A stretch of DNA of 64,000 nt from Leucoraja erinacea. Taxonomy: Eukaryota. Shown here one piece after another: positions 10,791 through 21,899 of this stretch. The notes under the pieces are model-generated. The model was not told the DNA's origin and did not search any database. It saw nothing but the letters and a program-made list of their open reading frames with translations. The translations under genes were made by a program, and so were the position numbers. The first letter of the stretch is position 1, and every line of letters begins with the position of its first letter. The DNA lies in the NCBI RefSeq assembly GCF_028641065.1, contig NC_073388.1, positions 26,288,001 through 26,352,000 on the forward strand, read 5' to 3'.

Positions 10791-13700
10791 ATGGCAGCGT
10801 CCACAGGCTACATTGGGAACCTTGGAACCTTCGACAAAAGTAGAGAGCCATTCAGCTCCTACATGGAGAGAGCAAACATGTTTTTCATGGCAAACAATAT
10901 ATTAGAGATTAGTGGTGAAGGAGAGATAGTGGCTGAAACAAATAAGGCTGTTTGCGAACGCATGAAAGTAATTCTGCTAACGGAGATCGGTCCTGAAGTG
11001 TACAGCACACTCGTGAATCTCCTTGCACCGTTAAAGGCAAAAGATGTGCCATCCAATGACATTATAAATAGGTTGGAGGAGCACTTCAACCCAAAGCCTC
11101 TGGAAATTGCAGAAAGCTATAAATTTGGCACTAGAAACCAGAGGCAGAATGAGTCAATCAATGATTACATTGTTGCCTTGAAAAACTTAAGTTTACATTG
11201 TAACTTAGGAACATTTCTTGGACGAGCACTACGAGACAGATTTGTTTGTGATCTAGTGGATGAACGAATTCAGTCCAAACTGATGAACACTCCAGATCTC
11301 ACATTCGAGAAAGCATGCAAGATTGCTACCACAATAGAGATGGCATCAAAGAATGCTCGCGAGTTTTGTCCACCACGGACTGCAGTGGCCGTTTACAGTC
11401 ACAAGGCAGTGCCTATGGCCAAACCAAAAGGTGCTAAACCAAAACCAAAGTATGGCGGGGAGCCAAGTTTAGGCAGTTGTTATCGTTGCAACGGTAATCA
11501 CTCATCCCAATTTTGTCAGTTCAAAATGGCCAAGTGCTCTAACTGCCAGAGGAAAGGCCATATCGCCTCAGCATGTCGGGCCAAGCATAAAACAGGAAAC
11601 CAACAATCTGCGGGAATCAAGCAACAACACCGAAGAGGAGTTCACAACTTGGAGGTGAACCCAGATGGAAATGAACTTAGGTTGTACACCATTTATGCAA
11701 CCAACATCGACAAGCCTACAACCAGCCAAGGCAAGGACTCTCAAACTAAACTATTGATTAATAAACAGTTAATCAATATGTGTATTGACACGGCAGCAGA
11801 TTGTTCGGTCATGAGCAAAGACCTGTACGTAACAAAGTTCCCAGAGATACCATTGTTGGAGAGTAAGGTCAAGCTGAGAACCTACTCGGGCGAAGTTTTG
11901 GAGACTGGTGGACAAATGAACTGTAAAGTTCAGCATAATGGTCAGTCAGTAACACTGCCCATCATAGTGGCCAGCTATAGAAATAAACCAACCCTCCTTG
12001 GAAAGGATTGGCTGAGTAGAATACAATTAGACTGGAAGAACATTTTCAGCGTCAATTTGTCCAAATCACGTCTTGGAAACGTCATAAGCAAACATGCAAA
12101 CATTTTTGCTGACAGTGACACGGGAATAACAGGGTACTCTGCACACATTCGACTTAAGCAAGATGTGAGGCCTGTATATTGTCGACCAAGATCTGTACAA
12201 TATGCACTAAAGCAACAAGTGGAGGTAGAATTCGACAGATTAGAGCGTAATGGAGTACTCGTGAAGACAGACCAGAGTAACTGGGCAATGCCAATTGTGG
12301 CCGAACCCAAGGCTGATAAAACTGTTCGACTATGAGGTGATTACAAAGTCACAATCAACCAAGCCATTGATGACGAACAATATCCATTACCAACCTCACA
12401 AGATCTATACGCAGAACTTAGCGGAGCAAGAGTCTTCACTAAATTGGATTTGTCTCACGCTTACGCCCAACTCAATGTTGACAAGGAAAGTCAGCAGTAC
12501 TTGACTATCAACACACATAAGGGCTTGTATTCATATACAAAGCTGCCCTATGGTGTGAAATCATCCCCAAAAATCTTTCAGTCGGTCATGGATCAAATAT
12601 TACAAGGCATTGCACACTGTGTGTGCAACCAGGATGACCTATTGATATTCATTGAAGGCACGGCAGAACATCTGGAAATCCTAGAGCAAGTTCTCATAAG
12701 ACTGAACTGCCACAATGTCAAACTGCGTCAAAGTAAATGTGTATTTGCACAGTCAGAGGTGGTCTACCTTGGACTCAAAGTAGACGCCAATGGACATCAC
12801 CCAGTGAAAGCGAAAGTTGAAGCAATAGTGAAAGCTCCAAAACCCAACAATGTGTCAGAGCTACGATCATTCCTTGGGATGGTGCAGTTCTATGCACGAT
12901 TCCTTCCAGATTTAGCAACTGTGTTAAAGCCACTATATCATCTGCTACAAAAAGACGTGAAATGGACGTGGGGAAAGGAACAGCAATGTGCATTTGACAT
13001 CTGCAAGGAAAACTTGACAAGTGACGAACTTCTTGTTTACGACGATACGACACGTGAGATGAAACTTGCTTGTGATGCTTCAAGTTACGGTGTAGGTGCA
13101 ATGATCTCCCACATAATGAATGACGGACAGGAAAAGCCTATTGTTTTTGCATCCCGCACCCTGTCATCGAGTGAACGCAACTGTGCGCAGATAGAAAAGG
13201 AAGCACTCAGCATCGTGTTTGGAATCAAGAAATTCCATCAGTTTCTTCTCGGCAGACCATTCTGATCACAAGCCACTAGTAGTGACACTGGGTCCCAAGT
13301 CAGCTATACCTTCCATGGCGGCATCAAGGATGCAGCGCTGGGCAATTTTGCTGTCCCAGTATGACTACAAGGTGGAGTACAGGAGCTCCAAGTGCAACGC
13401 AGTTGCAGATGTGTTGTCCCGGTTGCCCCATGAGAACTCTGACGTGGGAAGCGAGAACTCAATCTACACAATGCAAGTTGTAGATGAAGACTTTCCAGTG
13501 ACTGCAACAGAAATTGCAGCAGAAACAAAGAAAGACAATGTGCTGAAGTGGGTTTATGAACAGACATTGAATGGTTGGACTGAAATCGTTAGTGGATTGA
13601 ACTCAGTTCTGAACTCAGAGCTGAAGCCTTTCCATAATCGACGCCATGAATTATCACGTGAGCAGGGATGCGTTAAATGGGGTTACAGAGTGGTTGTACC

Positions 13701-14881
13701 AGAGTCTTTGAGAAACAAAATTATGAACGAACTTCATGCCGAACATCCTGCCATAGTAAGCATGAAATCGATTGCCAGAAGTTTTGTGTATTGGCCTGGT
13801 ATTGACAGTGACATTGAGTCACTGGTGAGCAAATGTAGCATCTGCCAACATTGCTGGAGTAAACCACCAAAAACACCACTGCAACCCTGGTCATGGCCAA
13901 GTAGACCTTTTCAGAGAATTCATGTAGATTTTTGCGAAAAGGAAAATGATCACTTTCTGGTGCTGGTAGATAGTCATTCCAAATGGATTGAGGTTAAACA
14001 TATGGGGTCAAGCACTACTACTGAGCGTACCATAGATGAGTTGAGATCAATTTTTGCATGCCATGGTTTATCGGAAGAACTTGTTTCTGACAACGGGCCT
14101 CAGTTTCGTTCAGAACAGTTCAAAGAGTTCATGCAGCGGAATGATGTAAAACACACACTTGTTCCCCCATACCATCCAGCCTCTAATGGGGCTGCGGAAA
14201 GGTCTGTTAGAGTTGTCAAAGACGCTCTCAAGAAACAGGTTTTGCAGGGTAGTTCAAAACTCAGCATGAAACATCGTTTGGCTAATTTCTTGCTGAAGTA
14301 CAGAACCACACCACACACAACAACAGGTTACTCACCTGCAGAACTGTTGATGAAGAGAAGGCTAAGAATACACTTAAGTCTAGTTCAACCCAATTTGGCT
14401 TTGAGAGTTGAACAAAAACAATTAAGTCAAAAACGTCACTTCGACTCCCACAAAAAGGAGAGGTACTTCAAGCCAGATGAGCAGGTTCGTGTTCTCAGTC
14501 CTCCCAACAAGTCCAGTCGAGACAAATGGGATGTTGGGAAAATAGTGTAAGTGTGTGGAACAAAAAGATACTTAGTTGAAGTTGGAGATAGGATCAAAAG
14601 TGTTCATGTTGATCAAATGATTCCAGCCAAAGATGAACCAAAAACTGAACAAAGTCCTAATCCCTGAGTCTTTATCAGAAAGTGAGTTGGAAGAGCCAAC
14701 TGTGATTGAAACACAAAGTTCAGCTAGTACAGACAAAGAAACAGATTCCTCTGGTCAAAGTCAGAGTACTAAAACAGAGCCAAACAAGTCTACAGTTGAG
14801 TCAACACCTAAACCTGTTTCACCTGTTACTGTTAGACGATCAGGCAGGATCCGTAAACTAGTAGTCAGATTAGGTTTTTAA
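10791..14881 (+). pseudogene. Gypsy gag-pol polyprotein, disrupted
   Basis: Gag with two zinc knuckles (CYRCNGNHSSQFC, CSNCQRKGHIASAC); protease IDTAADCSV; RT (KLDLSHAY, LPYG, NQDD); RNase H (CDASSYGVGA, EKEAL); integrase HHCC plus D-D-E; C-terminal RRSGRIRK. Lesions: in-frame TGA at 12333 (L*GDYK for LCGDYK), frameshift near 13260, TAA at 14548, frameshift near 14640. Confidence 0.95.
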
Positions 14882-15028
14882 GTTAAGTAACTCACTGTCT
14901 AGGTAGAATGAAAATGTGTAAATATGTAAAATATATATATTGTGTTATCATTTAAAATTGAATGAAAACTGGTTTAAATCAAGTATCATAACAAGAAAAT
15001 TGTAACTGTGTACTTAGATTTAATACTT

Positions 15029-15043
15029 AAAAAAGGAGAGCAG
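15029..15043 (+). promoter_or_regulatory. polypurine tract
   Basis: AAAAAAGGAGAGCAG immediately before the 3' LTR. Confidence 0.85.
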
Positions 15044-15182
15044 TGTAATGATTCATGCATATTCATTATATGCTAATGAGTTGGTCTTGTATATAAGTAG
15101 GGAATGTTGGGTAATAAATCTATCTTGTGATCCAGCCAGCCTGCGTGTAAGTTATTGTTTATTCACTGTCCGGAACATAACA
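15044..15182 (+). repeat. 3' LTR (139 bp)
   Basis: Direct repeat of 10231-10370, followed by the AGGCC TSD. Confidence 0.95.
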
Positions 15183-15839
15183 AGGCCTGCCTGGGTCGAA
15201 GGAGCCTCAGTGGCAGCGGCGATGGGAGCCTCGGCAGCGGCAGCAAGAGACTCAGTGGCAGCTTGAGCCTCGACAGCAATGGGAGCCTCGGTGATAATGG
15301 GGCCTCAGTGGCAACTGGAACCTCAGCGGCAGCAGGAGACTCGGTGGCCATGGAACATAAGGGGGGGGGGGGCAAACAACGGGGACCCGGTGTGGGGGGA
15401 CCGCCGTGAAGAACAATGGAGGACCCTGCATGGCGGGACTGCCGTGAGGGATAGGTGGGAGAACACAGGGGGACACGATGTGGGGGGCACTTTAGTTTTA
15501 GAATCCTCTGCCCAGGGGATAAGCCTGCGTTCATTTGCTTGTTTGTTGTTTGTACTGATTTAGGCACTCTGCCAGCCAACAGTCGCTTGTCCTTTTTTTT
15601 GCAATTTTAATTTCAGGTTTTTGTGTACCTTGTGTGTTGTGACTGTTGGCAGACCACTTCCCTCCGGGGATGAATAAAGTTTTATCGTATCATATCGTAT
15701 CGTATCATATTTGGGCCATCAGTTCCATGCCAGCTCTCAGAGGAGCAATCTCATCAGCCCCATTCTCCCTCTTCTTATTTACTTATACCTCTGTAACTTA
15801 TTCACTCGCTTATGCCCATCAACTCCCTTTTGATGTTAT

Positions 15840-16070
15840 TGCCACTTACAATAAAAGTGATTAATGGTAGCCAATTAACTTACCACCACGTCTTTGGTAT
15901 ATGAAAGGAAACTGAAGCACCCAGAAGAAATCCATGAGGCCACGGGTAAATTCTACACAAATAAACCTTGCCAAAGTCGGGATCTCCTCTAGTATCTTTC
16001 GTCGGGATTGATCCGAAGTCCCTGGAGCTGCGGAGCACCCGCAGCAACTGTTGCACCAGCTATGCCATCC
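15840..16070 (-). mobile_element. HE1/V-SINE-like SINE, decayed
   Basis: GCCAATTAAC..CACGTCTTTGG..GGAAACTGAAGCACCCAGAAGAAATCCA body, as in the other SINE copies. Confidence 0.55.
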
Positions 16071-16514
16071 ATGTCTACAATAGCTGGACAGCTAGAAAAC
16101 CCGAGGACAATTAAACAGGGTCAAATGGTTTTCTAAAAAGAAAATTACATGTTGATAAATTTAAATTGATAATATCTGGGACTGTGCAGCAGTCTCTTGG
16201 TACTGCATTCCAGTCTCAGTCTAGGTTAAACTCAAATGGTGGGTATTTTATCTGCAATCTGGACACAAGGCAAGATTGGCCAAAGGGATTAAATTGAAAA
16301 GAAGACCAATGAGCCTGGAGTTATTATTAATAAGGATGTAATATCCAAATTATTTTTGCATGCAAAAACAATAAATACTAATATCACAATTACATATTGA
16401 TTCCATGTTTAAATTGCCCTTTATTTTACCCTATTAAACTAAAAGATATCTATTGCATGGATGCAATTTAACATCTCTGCAATCATTGCATCAGATACTG
16501 AGGATTGAAAAATA

Positions 16515-16735
16515 CTGCATGGAAACATTGGAGGGCCCAAGGAATCCATGCTGACCACCGATCATCTGTTCACACCAGTTCTATATTATCTCACTTTTGC
16601 ATCCACACCCCCATACACAGAGGCCAATTAGACAGCTAACCCACGTCTTTGAGAGGTGGGAGGAAATTGGAGCATCTGGAGGAAACCTACCCGGTCACAG
16701 AGAGAACATGCAAACTTCACACACATAGCACCCAA
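16515..16735 (-). mobile_element. HE1/V-SINE-like SINE fragment
   Basis: GGAGGAAATTGGAGCATCTGGAGGAAACCTACCCGGTCACAGAGAGAACATGCAAACT, the reverse complement of the SINE core. Confidence 0.6.
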
Positions 16736-16819
16736 TGTCTGTCAACTGACTACAACTTTCCTATAATGAACTTGAACCGATCTGCACAAATCCTAATCCT
16801 ACCTCAGCAACAGAACCGT

Positions 16820-17665
16820 AACATAGAAACATGGAATCATAGAAGATAGGTGCAGGAGTAGGCCATTCGGCCCTTCAAGACAGCACCGCCATTCAATATG
16901 ATCATGGCTGATCATCCAAATTCAGTACCCGTTCCGGCTCTTTCCCCATATCCCTTGATTCCCTTAGCCCTAATAGCTAAATCTAATGGGCCTGTCCCAC
17001 TGACGCAACTTTTTAGGCGACTGCCGACACCCGTCCTAGGTTGTTACAGGTCGCCGAAAAATTTCAACATGTTGAAAATCCAGCGGCGATCAGAACAAGG
17101 TACGACTCTTTGAGCGACTACTGACGACCATACAAGATGCACCCTGTGACATGTCACCAGGGTGCCGCCTGTATGGTCGTGAGTAGTCTCCTCAGTCGCC
17201 CAAAGAGTCATAGCGTCTTTCTGGTCGCCGCTGAATTTTCAACATGTTGATATTTTTCACCGACCTGCAACGACCTATGATGGACGCGGGAAGTCGTCGA
17301 AAAAGTCGCGTAAGTGGGACAGGCCCATTACTCTCTCTTGAAAACATCCAGTGAATTGGCTTCCACTGCTTTCTGTGGCAGAGAATTACACAGATTCACA
17401 ACTCTTTTGGTGAGTAAATTTTTTCTCATCTCAGTCCTAAATTACCTATCCCTTATTCTTAAACTGTGACCCCTGGTTCTAGACACCCCCAACATCAGGA
17501 CCATTTTTCCTGCATCTACCCTGTCCAATCCTCAAAGAATTTTACATGTTTCTCTAAGAACCCTCTCATCCTTATAAATTCCAGTGAATACAAGCCCAGT
17601 TGACCCATTCTTTCATCTTATGTAAGTCCCGCCATCTCGGGAATTAACCTCGCGATGCTACCCTG
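16820..17665 (-). mobile_element. CR1 3' fragment interrupted by a MITE
   Basis: Plus strand ACATAGAAAC..ATAGGTGCAGGAGTAGGCCATTCGGCCC is the reverse complement of a CR1 3' end. It continues after the MITE (ATCTAA|CTCTCTCTTG). Confidence 0.88.
16987..17327. mobile_element. PIF/Harbinger-type palindromic MITE (341 bp)
   Basis: TIRs TGGGCCTGTCCCACT..AGTGGGACAGGCCCA, flanked by TAA and TTA (TWA target). The element is an imperfect inverted repeat along its whole length, centred on GTGACATGTCAC. Confidence 0.85.
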
Positions 17666-17694
17666 CACTCTCCCTGCACTGCCATTGATTTTAG

Positions 17695-17890
17695 TTTACA
17701 ATTTAGAGATACAGCATGGAAACAGGCCCTTCAGCCCACCAAGTTCCCATCGACCAGCAATGCCCGCACAAACACTATTCTACACACACACGGGACAATT
17801 TTTCATTTATAACCAAGCCAATTAACCTACAAATGTGTATGTCTTTGGAGTGTGGGAGGAAACCGAAGAACTCGACCTGTGCCACCCTGA
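17695..17890 (-). mobile_element. HE1/V-SINE-like SINE 3' part
   Basis: TTTAGAGATACAGCATGGAAACAGGCCCTTCAGCCCAC is the reverse complement of the CR1-derived SINE tail. Confidence 0.7.
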
Positions 17891-18639
17891 TTTGTTTTAA
17901 CATTTTTTTTTGCACTAATTTCTTGTTTTAGCACATATGTATATATATAGTTTGTATTCTATGTGCTGTTGTACTTGAACCTCATTTGAGTGCATGACAC
18001 TACACTCAACTTGACGTGACTTAACATGACTTACTGTCCCCAATCTATACAATGCACTGTTTCCATGAGAGCTTTTTGCACAATCCGGGCCCAGCATTTC
18101 CATCATACAGCACAATCGGAAAATATATGTATTCCACTGCTGTTTCGTCTGCCAAGAATCGTATGTCAACAAGTCACAAAATACATCATTTTGTAGTTTT
18201 AAGACAAAGCAACAATAGACAGTGAGAGGTGCCAGGATCTATTACAGTGAAGCAAGTCTCTTTGGTCATTGTAGTGTAGCAATTACAATAATTTCCACTT
18301 ATTGTTGGTTTGGGAAATGCTTTAATCTACAAAAGAAACAACCTTCTCCATGAAGACCATATGCTGGGAAGAACACTATATCATTTCACGGAGTAGTTAC
18401 AGAATTTGATGACAGCATCGCTTTGAGACTTTTCAAAGAACAGCTATCATATTATTTCTCCTCTTGCCACAGTTTGAAAGGAAAGGGCACATTATGTCAA
18501 TAGATTAAAAGTTAAAGTGTACATAGTCTACAATAAAAATTGCAGCATTCACAACTAGGTGTTCTTTAAAATCGCATTTCATAAACCTAAACACTTACCT
18601 AGAATTTGCTTTGCTTATCATGTAACATTAAAACATAGT

Positions 18640-18815
18640 TTAAAAAAGACACAATTTGCTGGAGTAACACAGCAAGTCAGGCTGCATCTCTGGAGAACAT
18701 GGATAGGTGACATTTCAGGTTGGGACCCTTTTTCAGACTGATTGTGAGGGGAAGTGGGGAAGAAAGCTGGAAGAGGGCAGGACAAAGCCTGGGGGGTCTG
18801 CAGTTTCTTGTTTTT
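18640..18815 (-). mobile_element. Penelope-like terminal repeat fragment
   Basis: GCTGGAGTAACACAGC..GCATCTCTGGAGAACATGGATAGGTGACATTTCAGGTTGGGACCCTTTTTCAGACTG. Confidence 0.6.
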
Positions 18816-20369
18816 ACTTTAGTATATAGTTGCCCGGTGCACGTCTGATTGTACTACCGTGCATCAAAATTGCAAAGGAACAAATGGGTTTTTCATAAGC
18901 AACACTTCAATATGTGTGAAGCAACATGGGTTTTGTTGCTTCCCTTTTGAAATTTGTGCAGATGCATGCAGAACTCAAGACGGGGTTTCTGTTGTTAAAG
19001 CAGACATTTATCATGGCAACCCTGCAGTAAGAATGGATTACATAGCTGTTTTGGAAGAGAGAAGCCAGAGTAGGTGGGCCCCAATAGAGGCGTTTTTGTG
19101 TTGTGATTAGGCATTATAAAGGCTGTCAAGGGCAGAGTTGGGTAAGGATGCCACATGGTAGTGGATTGCTCATCTTTGGAATTACATTTGCTGCATAAAA
19201 TATGACCTCCTATGGTATGTAGAGAACAGGCAAGTACACCGTCAAAAATTAAGTTTCCAGTTGCTGCAATCTGACACAAGCAGACATGCACCATGTCATT
19301 TACGACACCATTGGCTAATTATAATAAACTTTTCTCTGGGCATTTTAGGAAAACGTACCAATGATTTGCAAGTATGACTATATGGGAGGCAGATGGTCCA
19401 CTTGTGGCCAGAGGCCCACACAGCGAGGAGAATGGGTCTTTGTTGAGGCTCATCATAACTCGATCCTGATGAAATTCATGTTCAGTCCACAATTATGTTA
19501 ATGTGCACAGGGCCATTTCTCAGGAGAACCATGCAAGCAGCTTACTTTTCCATTAACTTATGAAAACAGAAGAACGTGAACCAGGACCAGGCTGTTCAAT
19601 GCTTTGTGAGCCTTTTCATGCAATATGATTAAGACTAATCTTTTACTTCAGGAAAAGTTTCCTTCAATAAGCCCATATTCCTTGATGTCCTTAATACCTT
19701 TAAAAATATCAATCCTTGTCTTGAATATACTCAGCAGCTAAGCCTCCATTGCAATCCTGCACAGAACATTCAAATAAACACAAGTGTCAAGTGCAGAAAT
19801 GTGTTCTAATGTTTGTCTTTGGTGTCCAGCCCATAATTCCGAGTACTGTGACTCTTGGTTCTACAACTCCATTCAGAGGAAACATTAATTACATATTACA
19901 CATGGTGCCCATAACCAACTTATTGATATAGGCTGTGAACAATTGTGAATCTAACACCATTCCCCGGTGAACTTCACAAATGACAATATCCCAGCATTAA
20001 GTAACCCATTAATTCTAACTGCTTTCCCTCCATTAGCTAATTCTCAATGCATACACTCAGTACTATGTGCTCTTAATTCGTCTCTCATCTACACTCTTGT
20101 GTGCCACCTTACCAAAGGTCTTCTTAAAGCCTATTTTTCACATCAATTGCCTTTCCCTTATCTATATGATTAATTACAACTTCAAAAATACCAACAGATT
20201 AGTCAAACATGATCTTCCTTTCATTAATATATCCATGTTGAATTTGGTCCATTTGACTATTATTTCCCGAGTGTCCTTTTAACAAATCCTTAGTAATAAA
20301 TATTAGCATTTTACCACCACTGATATCAGTCTATATAATTCTGTAATCTTCTTGTTTTCTCTTTGTGAT

Positions 20370-20515
20370 CCCATGCGACCAATGGGAGAACGTGCAAACT
20401 CCTTACAGATAGTCAGGATTGAACCCGGAATGATCATACTGCTACATTGATATTAAACCTGAAACTGTGGCACTGTGAGGCAACAACTCTATTTATGTGT
20501 CACTGTGTTGCCCTG
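20370..20515 (-). mobile_element. SINE tRNA-like head fragment with a short internal insertion
   Basis: GGGAGAACGTGCAAACTCCTTACAGATAGTCAGGATTGAACCCGG..GGCACTGTGAGGCAACAACTCT. Confidence 0.6.
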
Positions 20516-20576
20516 TGATGGATATGATTGATGTGGATACGGCTGAGGATGTTGTCTGCATGGATTTTAGTAAATC

Positions 20577-21899
20577 ACTAGACTAAGTGGGATCCGTTGG
20601 CTCCCATGTTCACACGGGTGGGCTGGTCCCCCAACAAATTTTATTCCACCTCTCCACCAATTCCAATATTGGTGGCCAATGGGGGGGGGGGGGGGGGCTG
20701 GCTTTCTGGAGCACTAGTATGGGTGTTGTGGGCCAAATTGATTCTTGAGCTGGCAGCTCAGTCACTCAGGCCTGGTGGGCTGCAGCTCAGTTACTTAGGC
20801 CTGGTGGCTTGGCAGCTTAGTTACTCAGGCCTGGAGGCTTGGCAGCTCAGTCACTCAGGGCTGGTGGGCTGGCAGCTCAGTCACTCAGGCCTGGTGGCTT
20901 GGCAGCTCAGTCACTCAGGGCTGGTGGGCTGGCAGCTCAGTCACTCAGGGCTGGTGGGCTGGCAGCTCAGTCACTCAGGCCTGGTGGCTTGGCAGCTCAG
21001 TCACTCAGGGCTGGTGGGCTGGCAGCTCAGTCACTCAGGGCTGGTGGGCTGGCAGCTCAGTCACTCAGGGTTGGTGGGCTATAAGCACAGAAACTGCCAG
21101 AAATTCTGCCCAAAACAGGTGAGAGCTTCTGTGAGAGAGAAAGGGGAGAGGGTGGAGAATCAATTTTAGAAATGTTTCATCCTTTTCTGCAGCACACCAA
21201 TGAAGGAGGAAAGTCTATCCTGGCCTGGATCTCACAGGGAGCCAATGAAGGGAGGGAGAAAAGTACTGGGGTGAGGTTTAATACCTACAGGGGAATACTC
21301 CTGGGCTAGTACAGGCATGATGGGCCAAAGAGACTTAAAAAAAAAGAGAATGAAATCTCAGTGAAAGGCACTTTTTCTGGACTATTCCTGACCTGGCACG
21401 AGCCTTTTGGTCCGTAAGTGCTCCTCCTGGGCTAATACAGGCATTTGGGGGCGAAAGGGACTGGTTTCTGGGCTAATAAGGGCCATGTGGGCCGAAATCA
21501 GTGGTTTCAGGTAGACCAAACAATTCATTTCCTTTCCATTTCAAGCACAGGGCAGGTCAACACCTTATTTAAATTTCAATTTCAATTTCCTTTCCATTTC
21601 AAGCACAGGGCGGGGCCAACACCTCAATTAAATTTATAATCCTGCCCCCCTGGAAATGCCGTTACCTTCATCGTGGTGATTGGCAGGCAAGAGGACCAAT
21701 CAGCTGATCTCAAGATTTTTTAAACAGCCAGATTTTTTTATTTTTCATCGATCGGAAAAATCCTCGGGGCTGCCTCAACGGAGGAGGACTGTGAGGAAGA
21801 TGGCCAAAAATCATAGCAATATATGGCAGCATTATGTTCTGAAATCAATATACAGCACAGACAGGAAGTGGTCAAGATGAGACTTTTAGTTATATAGAT
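20577..21899 (+). mobile_element. putative Helentron/Helitron2-like non-autonomous element
   Basis: Begins ACTAGACTAAGTGGGATCCGTTGGCTCCC (small subterminal hairpin) and ends TTTTAGTTATATAGAT. No TIR or TSD. Inserted cleanly into a CR1 and shares termini with 28143-29568. Confidence 0.6.
20752..21080 (+). repeat. 30-bp minisatellite, 11 copies
   Basis: Unit GGCAGCTCAGTCACTCAGG[G/C]CTGGTGG[GC/CT]T, with two interleaved variants and no spacers. Confidence 0.95.

Larger units (their letters stand above)
10231..15182 (+). mobile_element. full-length Ty3/Gypsy LTR retrotransposon, Mag-like clade
   Basis: TGT..ACA LTRs at 10231-10370 and 15044-15182; AGGCC TSD at 10226-10230 and 15183-15187; PBS; PPT; domain order gag-PR-RT-RH-IN. 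Confidence 0.97.
10045..15708 (+). mobile_element. GC-rich non-autonomous retroposon (about 700 bp once the Gypsy is removed) that hosts the Gypsy insertion
   Basis: GC-rich sequence on both sides of the AGGCC TSD (10045-10230 and 15183-15708). It has ~20-bp GGAGCCTCGGTGGCAGC repeats at 15200-15350 and a 3' end TTCCCTCCGGGGATGAATAAAGT with a (TATCG)n tail resembling Rex-Babar ends. Confidence 0.55.

Noticed and set aside
12330-12340. Programmed gag-pol readthrough at the TGA
   Set aside because: The stop falls inside RT at the conserved LCGDYK motif (TGT>TGA), so it is a nonsense mutation rather than a gag/pol boundary.
15155-15579. Ser/Gly/Ala- and Pro-rich ORFs after the 3' LTR (env-like?)
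   Set aside because: They lie outside the LTR/TSD boundary and derive from GC-rich repeats of the host element.
20752-21080. CRISPR-like array or repeat protein (ORFs 20597-21169 and 20839-21084)
   Set aside because: Head-to-tail 30-bp units with no unique spacers and no cas genes. The ORFs are open only because the unit length is a multiple of 3 and lacks stops.
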